DNA of 63,999 nt, counting the filler, from Octopus bimaculoides (lineage: Eukaryota): assembly GCF_001194135.2 (NCBI RefSeq). It is 5 parts of 4 records of this genome, joined end to end, with 100 filler letters (N's around TTAATTAATTAA, not from the genome) between each part and the next. Parts side by side here need not be neighbours in the genome. Positions count along the whole stretch, not along the records: positions 1 to 9,301 come from NC_068988.1; positions 9,402 to 23,187 come from NC_068995.1; 3 more parts are not named here. The stretch is one strand, 5' to 3'. The first letter of the stretch is position 1. Each line of letters opens with the position of its first letter. The position numbers and the translations under genes are program-made. This document shows, piece by piece, positions 1-11,690 of this stretch. The notes beneath the pieces are model-generated. The model was not told the origin of the DNA. It saw only the letters and a program-made list of their open reading frames with translations, and did not search any database.

Positions 1-34
<34 letters not shown>

Positions 35-195
35 TATATATAGAGAGGGCGAGATAGATAGATATATGTGTATGGGTGTACATATATATGTGTGTGTGCG
101 TCTGTGAAAGTGAAGGATCGAAAGAAAGAGAGAAATGGGTAAGGAAAGAGTGAGAGAGAGAGAGAGAGATAGGGAGGGAGATAGGGAGAGTGATG
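1..195. repeat. Compound (TA)/(TG)/(GA) microsatellite
   Basis: Direct reading of dinucleotide runs. Confidence 0.95.
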
Positions 196-426
196 TGTGT
201 GGAACTATGTTCAGAGAGGTAAGATGAAGAAACTGGAATACCAGTTGCAACTGTACTACAATTTTTTTTCTAATGGATTAGCCTCATCAAATTGTCATGG
301 TCCTTTCTTAGCGCTGCAGCCCCAAACGATGTACTGGCTGGACAGTATTCTAAATTATGGCCCAAGGTCAGTCTCTGGTCAAATGCAATCTACCTATAAC
401 CTTCTGCTATCTTTGTACTTCTATAC

Positions 427-641
427 CATAGTGTATTGAAAAATTCCTCGCTTTAAGGGTATTGCGGAAAACCTAGTAGGTGACCCAAATTTCCAAATTC
501 GTTTACAGAGCTTTGATAAACTGAAGGACCGCTGCAATAAGTGTGTGAATGTGAGAGGGGAATATGTTGAATGAAATCGTATTTAACTGATCTTCTAGCA
601 TTTTCGTTTACCCAAAGCCAGGAATTTCTCAGCACTACCTC
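427..641 (+). mobile_element. Mariner-derived MITE / internally deleted element
   Basis: Nucleotides ~494-574 translate as QIRLQSFDKLKDRCNKCVNVRGEYVE*, the mariner transposase C-terminus (KC...G.Y.E*). Degenerate TIRs: tagtgtattgaaaaattcctcgcttt versus reverse complement of aaagccaggaatttctcagcacta. Confidence 0.75.
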
Positions 642-779
642 ATTTAGTAAGGTCTGTCTTAAGACGAAGAACTCATAAGCCTTGAACTTAAAGTGATTCC
701 TGAGATTAGGACACGTCCCACAAACTGGTACACCGTTCGGTCGCCAAATGAACTTCCCTGCTACTGCTGTGAATCCTTT

Positions 780-910
780 TCAGCTGAGTAGATTTGAGCA
801 ACGTGAAATGATGTGTTTTGCTCAAGAATACAAATCACAATTTGGCTGGGGAATCTAAAACAACTTCTTATGATCGCGAGTTCAATGCCCACATACATAT
901 AGGCCACAAG
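780..910 (-). mobile_element. tRNA-derived SINE head, family C (degenerate)
   Basis: Minus strand reads gtggccta...gaactcgcgatc...gtattcttgagcaaaacac.tcatttcacgttg, shared with 25067-25345. Confidence 0.55.
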
Positions 911-1770
911 ACGTCACTCATCTATATAGTATTACATCATAAAATGTACCTACTTCATTTTTTTCATGTAGTAAATTGTTAATAGATAGATATTTAGTTC
1001 TTATATCTAGCATCACGAGCAACCATCTAGAGACTCTCGCATTGGTTTGTTCTATTCTGCGTCTGTGAGTCTGCAGCACAAGGAAAGTCTTTTATATTTT
1101 ATTGGTTCTTTAACAATTATGAATATCACTCCGTCGTCTAGACAAAATGTAATTGCCTTTCCATTTAAATTGTATTTAACGCTATTTTCTCACACTCTCC
1201 ACACATATGGACACCTTGTTTCCCCACCCTAATAATATTTTCATGCACATCAATGTTTCAAACAGACAAAAAAAATGTAAAACGGAAATAATTTTTTTTT
1301 ATCACATAATAAGTACTTTGAACAAAGTCAATATCAGTTATTATTTAACTCGTAGACGATGGTAGACTGATAGCATAAACGACATTGTTCTAAACTAAAT
1401 CTGTTACAAGAATTTCAATTTTTTTTTATTCAACATCTGTTGGTGTCAGCTTTGTCTTTTTTAACATTTTTTTCCAGCCAGATAATATCACTTTAGCTTA
1501 ATCTCAAAATGTGCTATCATACGCTAAAGACGACATAAATAATTCATCTCTTACCGTTTTAACACCTATAACTGGTCCTTGGGTGACTTCTCTCAAGCCC
1601 GCATTTGCGCAAATGGTCGGAGATGCAGTGTGTATTTAAACTTCCCGTTTTGGTTTCGTGACGATTTACATTTCATGGATGATGGCTCAAGCTTTTGAAC
1701 GTGTAACTCAGTCACAAGTACTACAAAGAGGTTTGCTTCAGAGGTATGTACTCAGCATAACATACTACGT

Positions 1771-2085
1771 GGAGGCGCAATGGCCCAGTGATTAGGGCAG
1801 CGGACTCGCTGTCGGAGGATCACGGTTTCGATTCCCAGACCGGGCATTGTGTGTGTTTATTGAGCGAAAACACCTAAAACTTCGCCAGGTCCCGGCAGCG
1901 GGTGGTAGCAACCCCTGCTGTACTGTTTCGTCCTAGCTTTCTCTCACTCTTTCTTCCTGTTTCTTGAGTAACGCTGCGATGGTCTGGCATCCCGCCTAGA
2001 TGGGGGGAACTCCTACGTCAAAGAAACCGGGAAACCGAGTCCATGTACCTGGCTAGGTTTTAAGACGGTGCATAAATAAAAAAAT
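1771..2085 (+). mobile_element. tRNA-derived SINE, family D
   Basis: A box tggcccagtg (1781-1790), B box ggtttcgattcc (1824-1835), body with gctgcgatggtctggcatccc...gaaaccggg, A-rich tail. Confidence 0.75.
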
Positions 2086-3165
2086 AACAAACTACATTTC
2101 ATGGTCATTAGATTTTTATTTCAATAAATTCTGAGCCAGTCCATTGTTCTCAAAACACAGGTTATTTAACCTAGTTTTAGATTCGCTTATGATGATCAGA
2201 GATTTAAGATTGCTATTGTAACTCCATGATTACTTTTTATCCTGTGCAGGCAACACTTACCAAATTTTCAGTCAATCTGTATTTTTTATCCGTAATTTTA
2301 AGCAGATGATATAAACATGTCGTATTTCGTATTATTAAAAGAAAGCTTCCATAATTTCACTACTTGCCTTTCCCAGCATATATAGTGAAAGCTTCTCCAG
2401 TATTTTGATGAGTGTGTTGATGAGGAGTCTATCTCACAGATGAATATGTTAGAGATTTAATGACAACATCTTCCAACTGCTAATGGATGCATAAGAAATA
2501 TATGCAAAATTCTACTCAACTGAAAGCATACAGGCTAAAGAAGAAACGACATATTTAATAATATGATGTTGGTCGTGCGTACGAACAATACAAAATGATT
2601 ATAGCTTGAATCCTTTTGAATCAATATTGCTTTTTGCGGAGTTATAATGGGTTAATTCCGCCATGTTCTTTGAATGGAAACTTGTACGGTGCATGAGAAT
2701 AAAGCAATAATCGCCGACATGGTAACAACATGACGCAAGCTTTGATGCAATCAACGTTCCAATGAGCACGCGCATTTACAAAACATCCTTGCTGTTTCTA
2801 CCAGCTGATAAATTGCAAAATAAATTAATACTTCGGCCAGGAAACCCTGGGTAGCTGTGTTTTACAGGGGTTTTCCTGTGTGTGTTTTTGTTTTGTTAAT
2901 ATTATCTTTACTCACTTAAATGACTGAAAGCAATACTACTTGTTGAAAATCAAGCACACAGGATATGTTTTATTAGAAGCAATGGAGGCACACTCTTCAC
3001 AATTCCAATAAGGATGAAACTGTGCCACCTAGTGTTCTAGCGTGGGGCCTTTATCTACCATGTCAGTATAAATAAATGTACTTTTGCGCAGCTATTTGTG
3101 GTTTAACTTTTATTTCTAACAATACATATGCTTGTAGTTAATGTATATAAATGCATGGTTACACA

Positions 3166-3201
<36 letters not shown>

Positions 3202-3211
3202 TGTATGTATG

Positions 3212-3271
<60 letters not shown>

Positions 3272-3289
3272 CATATATATATGTATTCT

Positions 3290-3395
3290 ATCTTTTGCCG
3301 AACCACTCAGTTACGGGGACGTAAACGCATCAATAGCGGTCGTCAAGTGAGTATGGGACATATTCCGACACAAAGACACAGACACGCACATATTC
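3290..3395 (-). mobile_element. SINE family A, central fragment
   Basis: tcttttgccgaaccactcagttacggggacgtaaac is the reverse complement of the body of the copies at 5172 and 5610. Confidence 0.7.
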
Positions 3396-3460
3396 ACGCA
3401 GTATATGTGTATGAAGAATCTCGTGGTTGAGAAGGAAGCTCTTCACCACATTGCTACGCC

Positions 3461-3524
<64 letters not shown>

Positions 3525-3570
3525 GTCTATCTGTCTATCTATATTTCTATCTACTTATTTATCTACCTAT
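3461..3570. repeat. (TATC)n microsatellite
   Basis: Direct. Confidence 0.95.
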
Positions 3571-4299
3571 CTATATGCATACATACAGATATATATTTTG
3601 GTGATAGCGTGGAAATGTATATTTTGTCTGTAACATTCCAAAGAAATTAAGTCTCCAATCAATTGTTACTTTCTCAAATTGTGAAAGAGATGAATGTCGA
3701 AAGAAAGTAAAAAACATAAAGTAATAAAACCTATTTAGTAGCATTCAATCGAATTATTTTGAGAGAAAAAAATGATTATTTTAATTTGATAATATTAAGA
3801 ACGGCTTATGCAGTTCAGTTTTAGAAGTGATTGAAATTATTTTTGCAAATTTATTTTGTTTCCTAACAATAACTAGGTTATGCGTTGGTTCACTTTCTGG
3901 AAGTTAATAATTATTCAGTTACCGGTATAAGTGTAGTAATGAATATTCATTAACCGTGCTAATGAATTATTGTTATTACGATATCTTAGTATAAAATTTT
4001 GTAATCGCACGATAGTTAAACGAAACATTTTACAAAACTGAGCGTTAACCTTCTTTAACAAACGACATGTGTCGTTGAAATTTCTCGTTTGTAGATTAAC
4101 TCTTCCTCTAAATGTTGCAGTCTCTCGGTAAGCATCTTCACGTTAACGTTAAGTTTATTTCGTACGACGAAAGAAATCTGGACCTCTAGCTTTCAATTGC
4201 AAACTATTATAAAGAAATGACGAATCAGCGAATCAATTCTATTCCCAAAGTCTAAACGTATATTAGATTCTCAGACAACATATATTTTCAGTTCTTTTG

Positions 4300-4712
4300 T
4301 TTTTTTAATTGTTTCAGTCATTTGACTGCGGCCATGCCGGAGCACCGGTGTTTTTAGTCGAAGAAATCGACCCCTGGACTTATTCTTTGTAAGCCTAGTA
4401 CTTATTCTATTAGTCTCTTTTGACGAAGTACTACGTGACAAGGATGAGAACAGAGCATCATGGGTTGTCAAGCGATGGCGGGGAGACAAACACAGACACA
4501 AAGACACACACATATAAATATAATCACTCGCACACACACACATACATATACGACGGGCTACTTGCAGTTTCTGCCTACAGAATCCACTAAAAGTCTTTGA
4601 TCGGCCCGAGGGTCCAGTAGAATACAGCTGCCTAAGGTGTCACGCAGTGGGACTGAACCTGGAGCCATGTGATTAGGAAACAAGCTTCTTACCGCAGTGC
4701 CACGCTTGCGCC
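4300..4712 (-). mobile_element. SINE family A, full length
   Basis: Reverse complement gives tRNA-like head ggcgcaagcgtggc...gtaagaagcttg...ggttcagtcccactgcgtg, internal TA/TG microsatellite and 3' end ccggcatggccgcagtcaaatgactgaaacaa. Confidence 0.85.
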
Positions 4713-5171
4713 TATAAAAATGTTCCCAATAAAAGGTCACCAATCATTGTATGAAACACGGATTGTTGCTACGCTATGCTCCAGCTCACACAGTCCTTGA
4801 AAATACTGCTTGAAAATCTTGTAAACTTTCTGATATTTCTAAAATAACTCAGAGCAGTACCATAGCAACATTATGAGAAAATATCAATTTCAATCTCAAT
4901 TAACATAAAAATTACATATGAACGAAAATAGCTGCATTATCAATAAACATAGACACAAATAACTTACAGGGATGGATGCACAAAACTATCGATGAACGCA
5001 ATGTATTACTCTAGGAGACTAATCGAATTTGCATCATCGCATCTGTGGAAAACAGTGGGATCTGTACCCATAGAGATGGTCGAGTCTAACCAACTCTGGC
5101 GTCCCTCCATCGTCACAAGCATTAATGCTGCGGAATTCTGAGTTATGTCAAAACTTTGAAAAGGCTACAAA

Positions 5172-5566
5172 TTGGCTACCAACCACATAGTTCTGGGTTC
5201 AGTCTCATTGCGTTGCACCTTGGGCAAGTGTCTTCTACTTTAGCCTCGGGCCGACCAAAGCCTTGTGAGTGGATTTTGTAGACGGAGACTGAAAGAAGCC
5301 CGTCGTATATGTGTATATGTATATATATTTCTGTGTGTGTGTGTGTGTTAGTGTGTCTCTGTTTGTCGCCCCGCCAACATCACTTGACAACCGATGTTGG
5401 TGTGTTTACGTCAACGTAACTTTGCGGTTCGGAAAAAGAGAACGATAAAATAAGTACTAGGCTTACAAAAAATAAGTCCTCGGGTCGATTTGCTCGACTA
5501 AAGGCGGTGCTCCAGCATGGCCGCAGTCAAATGAGTGAAACAAGTAAAAGAGTAAAGAGAGTAAAG
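5172..5566 (+). mobile_element. SINE family A
   Basis: gggttcagtc, gcaccttgggcaagtgtcttc, gaaagaagcccgtcg, TA/TG tract, 3' end ccagcatggccgcagtcaaatgagtgaaacaagtaaaagag. Confidence 0.9.
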
Positions 5567-5609
5567 AGTATATATATGTATATATATGCATGTATTTTAG
5601 ATACAGATA

Positions 5610-5769
5610 GGCGCAGATGGCTCTGTGATAAGAAGCTTGCTTCTCAACGTCGTGGTTCTGGGGTCAGCCCCACTGCGTGGCATTTTAAGGAAGCGTTTTC
5701 TAGTATAGCTGCCAGCCGACCAAAGCCTTGTGAGTTGGTTTGGTATACGAACATTGAAAGAAACCTGTA

Positions 5770-5826
<57 letters not shown>

Positions 5827-6060
5827 TGTATGTACGTGTATATCTGTGTATGTATCTACGTGTGTGTCTTTGCTTCTGTGTTTGTCCCACCATCACCGAT
5901 CGTTTATATATCCGTAACTTAGCGGTTCTCAAAAGCGCCTGATAGAATAGTTACTAGGCTTAAAAAGTCCTGAGGTCAATTTGTTCGGCTAAAACCCTTC
6001 TAGCCGGTGCTCCAGCACGGCCGCAGTCAACTGCCTGAAACAAGTAAAAGAATAAAAGAA
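5610..6060 (+). mobile_element. SINE family A, full length
   Basis: Same modules as the 5172 copy; head ggcgcagatggctctgtgataagaagcttgc; tail gaaacaagtaaaagaataaaagaa. Confidence 0.85.
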
Positions 6061-6084
6061 TATAAATGCTGAAATAGATGTGGT

Positions 6085-6210
6085 CAAAAAGCGTACTTTT
6101 GGGCCTAGTACCACTAGGAGGCACCTTGGGTAAATTACTTTTACTATACCCCCAGGACAAGCAATGCATTGTGAGTGAATTTGGCTGCTGAAACTGTGTA
6201 GAAGCAGGTT
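6085..6210 (+). mobile_element. Old SINE-A-like head fragment
   Basis: ggcaccttgggtaa...tactata...ttgtgagtgaatttgg...gaaactg..gaagc matches the 5' half of family A. Confidence 0.5.
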
Positions 6211-6296
6211 GTATGCATGCACACACACAAGTACACATACACGCACACATATTTACTTCTACACACACACACACGCGCATATATATACCTACATAT

Positions 6297-6345
<49 letters not shown>

Positions 6346-6383
6346 NNNNNNNNNNNNNNNNNNNNNNNNNNNNNNNNNNNNNN

Positions 6384-6475
6384 AGAAGAAGAAGAAGAAG
6401 AAGAAGAAGAAGAAGAAGAAGAAGAAGAAGAAGAAGAAGAAGAAGAAGAAGAAGAAGAAGAAGAAGAAGAAGAAG
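6384..6475. repeat. (GAA)n microsatellite abutting a gap
   Basis: Direct. Confidence 0.95.
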
Positions 6476-6946
6476 GTCACAATGAGAGAAATTAGAAATT
6501 CACCGAGTAACAAACAGAAAAACAAAGTAAAAAACAAAACAAAAAAAAACAGAACCGAATAAAGGGAGGTGACTGTTGTTTACTGAAACTTCCTTAAATG
6601 ATGAAATGGTGATTTTACTCTCGAATCAATACTTTCATTTTCTTTTACATTCTACAAAGCTTAGAAGTTTTATGTTTGTTATGTATTTCGACACGACTTT
6701 TAACTTTTCACCCTTTTTCACCCGCTTATATTGCCATCTATTCTTGAAACTTATAAACACTTATTACATTTCGTATAATGTTCATCAGTGAGGGTGTGTG
6801 TATGCGATTGTTTTTATGTATTCGTTTCTATGTGTTTCTCATTAAATTCAGAATTTCGTTAATGTGTTTGTTCTTTGTTGACTATTAAACGCCCGATACT
6901 GAGTATATGTATATACGCAACGCACAGGTAGACAGATAGACAGGCA

Positions 6947-7014
<68 letters not shown>

Positions 7015-7176
7015 TACACATAGATACACACATACACTAACAAACGAACATATACATGTAGATACGTATACACATTTGTACATACATACATACAGGCATA
7101 CACATGCTTTGGTGCTTTGGTGTCTAAAAGTGTAGTCTCTTCCGTATATGTACGTATGTATGTACACACGGAATCA

Positions 7177-7222
<46 letters not shown>

Positions 7223-7254
7223 CATTTACATACATATACATATCCATTTGATAT

Positions 7255-7303
<49 letters not shown>

Positions 7304-8433
7304 CATTTACATACATATACATATCCATTTGATATACAAATATATATATATATATATATATATGTATAAATATGCATGTGTATATGCTCACATATACATA
7401 CGCAGTTATAAACTCATTGGCGTCTATGTACGCAGGTCTTAACTTTTTTGTGTATAAGTGCGTCTGTGTGTGTAATTCCGTATATATGTATGTTGTTTTG
7501 CTCGGACGTTCGTGTGTTTGTGTCTTCGTGTGTACATTTGCGACTGTCGTATACTTGCATTCTAGTTTCATTTTTATTTTTCGCACTGCATTTGCGTCAC
7601 TGCTAGATTCTCTATATTGCTTTTCTTGCTTTATTTTGTTTTCTGTCAATTATTTCATTGTCCATGTAACTGTACGTATTCATGACTATTTTCAGTATAT
7701 GTGTACATGGAGGTGAATCTATAATTCCAGTTGCGGTTGTGTGAGATATTCTGAGGCTATAGGCTTGTGTGTGTGCGTCTGTTTGTTTCTTTATTTGTTT
7801 CTTCCTTTTTAATCTATTCAAAAGTTCGTTTGTATTTGGATATCGAAGTAGAATAAATATGGCGCCTAGTTTGTGCCTTTACGATAGTTGAGTGCAGGCA
7901 TGCATTTTATGCGCCTGAGTGTGAAAGATTGCAACACATCGAGTTTTTTTCCTTTTTTTTTCTACTTGCGTGTGAGCGCATGTGTGTTTAAAATATTAGT
8001 TTATAGAAGTGCATATATGTCTACATACGACGTGAGACAATGTGTATTTGACTTTATATGTTCAGTATGTTGACTTTATATGTTCATATCTTTCTTTAAA
8101 GTATACACTCGTTCCTGCGTTTTACTGCTTGTGTTAGCTTATTCGATCATATTAATGGTTTGGTACGCACACACATATCGCATACATATAGCACTTCCCA
8201 CGGATATCACCACATACATTCGCACATTAGCACAGAAACATTGACATGAAACCCCGTGCAATAAAAAAATATATATAAGAAAACACATTGTGAAGTATAT
8301 GCACGCGAATGTGTGAATAAGATACAGGTATTGTGTTGTACATTGAGTGAGAAAAAAAAAGAGAAATTTTATGTTCGATCTTTTCATTATGATGCAGTTT
8401 TTGTGTATTTCTACACGTGAAATTGCTTCAGAC

Positions 8434-8468
<35 letters not shown>

Positions 8469-8751
8469 ACATCTACAAACGCACGCATGCACCACACATA
8501 TTTTTATGTGCTTATAATAAAAAAGACGGTAAGCTGAGTGATATGACGATACCAGTCGCTGGGACTAAATATCTCCTGTATAAAATAGCATTTCAAAGTT
8601 TTGTCAGACATCACAATAACGACAGAAATTGTAAGCAGGCAGAGAGCTTATACGTCTATATTATATGATTAATCTGTCTATCTCTCTATCTATCCCTCTA
8701 TCTGTCTGTCTGTCCGTCTCTCTATACTTCCGTCCATTCATTTGTCTGTCC

Positions 8752-8831
<80 letters not shown>

Positions 8832-9345
8832 CTTCTCACGGACGTGCTGTCACATCGGCTGCGAAGGTAAACGTTTATTTGACCTTTTACTGTCCACATT
8901 TTGTTGGAATTTNNNNNNNNNNATTTGACCTTTTATTGTCCACGTTTTGTTAGAATTCTTTAATATTCTTGTTGCGAAGCACCTAGGCTTCATTTCTGTG
9001 TATTTTCAAAGGCAGGAATTGGCCCACAGGGGCAGTTTCGGCCCTAGCAAAATACAAAAATTTCCTTCTCGACATTTAAAAAATGTCGAGAAACATAATT
9101 TTGGAACGCTTGTCATGTTCTTGTGATGAGCATTTCCCGAGGCTTCAGATGCCAGAAGAGAAAAAAGAACAGAGTAGCGCGTGCTCACACAGTGACAGGA
9201 ATGCAGTTGCTGTAAACGTCACAAAGACGGCGATTACAGCTACTAACAGCCCTCTCACCACCACCACCACCACCACTACCAACAACAACAACAACAACAA
9301 CNNNNNNNNNNNNNNNNNNNNNNNNNNNNNNNNNNNNNNNNNNNN

Positions 9346-9357
9346 TTAATTAATTAA
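9346..9357. other. Assembly gap placeholder TTAATTAATTAA (also 23232-23243, 51274-51285, 61376-61387)
   Basis: An identical palindromic 12-mer with stops in all six frames sits in the middle of ~100-base N gaps four times. Confidence 0.9.
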
Positions 9358-9635
9358 NNNNNNNNNNNNNNNNNNNNNNNNNNNNNNNNNNNNNNNNNNN
9401 NGTGTGGTGTGGTGGTGTTGAGGTGTGGAGCAGGCGAGAGTGGGGGAAGCAAGGGTGGGTCTAAGGGGTGGGGTAGGGTGTAATGGGATGCATAGAGATG
9501 GTGGGGCTGGAATGTGTAGGAGTGAAGTAACGAGGGAAGGGTGACGATAAAGGGAATGGTGGAAGGGAGGTGGGTTGGAGTGAAGAGAAGTAGGTGCCAG
9601 AGCAAGATAGGAGAGGTGGGTGGGAGGAAGTAAGT

Positions 9636-9720
9636 GAGAGAGGAAGATAGGAGAGAGGAAGATAGGAGAGAGGAAGATAGGAGAGAGGAAGATAGGAGAG
9701 AGGAAGATAGGAGAGAGGAA
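9636..9720. repeat. 15-bp minisatellite (gagaggaagatagga), about 5.6 units, in the PLE 3' tail
   Basis: Direct; it produces the PLSYL repeats in ORF 9461..9766. Confidence 0.9.
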
Positions 9721-9725
9721 TAGGG

Positions 9726-9968
9726 TTAGATGAAGAGAGGAGAAGAGTTGAGCCCATGTGGCGCAACGGAGCGAAGAGAGATTAATTTCTGCTCACGGCG
9801 AAGACGGGAGTCCGGATAGCCCCTGTACAAGGACAATCCAAACACAGACATGTGTTGCAAAGAGTGACTGGTAGAGCGGGATGTCGTTGTCGAATCTGAT
9901 GTTTCGAAGGTGTTCTGCGGACCGGTCAGCCAAGCTGCATCCCGTTTGACCGATGTATAGAGAAGGAC

Positions 9969-10006
<38 letters not shown>

Positions 10007-10102
10007 CAGGAGATGCAGTAGATGACGTTGCTAGAAGTGCAAGTGAAGGAGTCAGTGATATGATAGGATCAATGATGGGTGCCTGTGAGGAGGGTGATGT
10101 TG
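9726..10102 (-). pseudogene. PLE GIY-YIG endonuclease domain (frameshifted)
   Basis: FTCTSSNVIYCISC..CPSLYIGQTGCSLADRSAEHLRNIR, then after a frameshift SHSLQHMSVFGLSLYRGYPDSRLRREQKLISLRSVAPHGLNSSPLFI*. Confidence 0.85.
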
Positions 10103-10633
10103 NNNNNNNNNNNNNNNNNNNNNNNNNNNNNNNNNNNNNNNNNNNNNNNNNNNNNNNNNNNNNNNNNNNNNNNNNNNNNNNNNNNNNNNNNNNNNNNNNN
10201 NNNNNNNNNNNNNNNNNNNNNNNNNNNNNNNNNNNNNNNNNNNNNNNNNNNNNNNNNNNNNNNNNNNNNNNNNNNNNNNNNNNNNNNNNNNNNNNNNNNN
10301 NNNNNNNNNNNNNNNNNNNNNNNNNNNNNNNNNNNNNNNNNNNNNNNNNNNNNNNNNNNNNNNNNNNNNNNNNNNNNNNNNNNNNNNNNNNNNNNNNNNN
10401 NNNNNNNNNNNNNNNNNNNNNNNNNNNNNNNNNNNNNNNNNNNNNNNNNNNNNNNNNNNNNNNNNNNNNNNNNNNNNNNNNNNNNNNNNNNNNNNNNNNN
10501 NNNNNNNNNNNNNNNNNNNNNNNNNNNNNNNNNNNNNNNNNNNNNNNNNNNNNNNNNNNNNNNNNNNNNNNNNNNNNNNNNNNNNNNNNNNNNNNNNNNN
10601 NNNNNNNNNNNNNNNNNNNNNNNNNNNNNNNNN

Positions 10634-11690
10634 GAGGGTGAGAGCAGATGCAGGGTCCACAGAACGTGCTCTGGCAAGTGCGGTGTAGATAGTGGTGAGG
10701 GGATATCCACGTGCGATGAAGTGGTGAGCCATGAGTTGAGACTGAGTCTCAAAGTCATGGTTGTCAATGCAGAGCCTGCGTAGACGGAGGAAATGGGAAG
10801 AGGGGATAGAGAGCTTGGTGCGTTTAGGGTGGGAGGAGGAGAAGTTGAGGTATGTGTGAATCTGTGTATTAGTAGTGGATGGAGGTGGTGAGAGTGGAGT
10901 GATGAATGCTGACCGAAATCTCGAGAAAGGCGACTGAGGTGTCGGAAATAGTGCAGAAGTGTAGGGCAGGATGGAAAGATTTGACAAAAGAAAGGAAGGA
11001 GTCTAGATGTTCGCGGGAGAGTGCGGTCGCACCGATACAGTCATCAATATAACGACCGTATAGTTCAGGAGTGGGACCAGTGAAACTTGAGAATATTTGG
11101 GCCTCAACGTAGCCAAGGAACAGGTTCGCATAGTTGGGGCCCATTCTCGTTCCCCGAGGTTTGCTGGTAAAAATTGCCTGCGAACGAGAAGCAGTTAAGT
11201 GAGGGGTGAAGTTCGGCCAAACGAATGAGTGTGGATGTGTAAGGTTGAGGGTGGGTCGAAAATCAAGGAAATGTTGGAGTGCATGGAGCCCCTCGTGGTG
11301 AGGGGTCACTGTGTATAGACTCTTCATGTCAAGAGTGAAGAGAAGTTTGGAGGGGCCTAGAGGAAAGGAGAAAGAGTTGAACAAACGAAGAGCATGGTTA
11401 GTGTCATGGATGTGAAAGGGGAGGGAAGCCACTAGGGAGCAAGGACACGGTCAAGATATCTGGAGATGAGTTCGGTGGGGCAGTTGCAGGCGGAGATGGG
11501 GCAGCCAGGGTTGTTAGGTTGGTGGATTTGGGGGAGAAAGTAAATTGTGGGAGTGCGATGGGTGCGGACAAAGAGGTTAGTGACGGTGGGGGAGACGGGA
11601 GGAGGAGCTGAGGTCATGGATAGTGGAGGACACAGTTTGTTGGTAGCCGGGCGTGGGGTTGGAGGCCAGAGGGCAGTAGAAGGAGGTGTC
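10634..11690 (-). pseudogene. PLE reverse transcriptase and thumb (stops and frameshifts)
   Basis: TPTIYFLPQIHQPNNPG.PIS, LFTLDMKSLYT, GTRMGPNYANLF, YGRYIDD, HTYLNFSSSHP..K.SIP.S.FLRLRRLC are Penelope RT hallmarks. Confidence 0.9.

Larger units (their letters stand above)
9402..11690 (-). mobile_element. Penelope-like retroelement (Neptune-like), decayed and gap-interrupted
   Basis: RT motifs and a GIY-YIG endonuclease on one strand, followed by a pyrimidine-rich 3' tail. Confidence 0.9.

Noticed and set aside
6765-6788. Minus-strand CTGATGA...GAAATGTA
   Set aside because: Stem II and stem I cannot form.
7200-7362. Tandem duplicated ~80-bp unit between TA runs
   Set aside because: Ordinary slippage duplication between microsatellites.
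8877-8958. 36-bp direct repeat (4 differences) around a 10-N gap
   Set aside because: Most simply unmerged contig ends or alleles.
1602-9092. Short palindromes or hairpins (1602-1615, 2838-2878, 3937-3952, 9066-9092)
   Set aside because: Isolated, and within what chance could give in 50 kb of AT-rich sequence; no supporting context.
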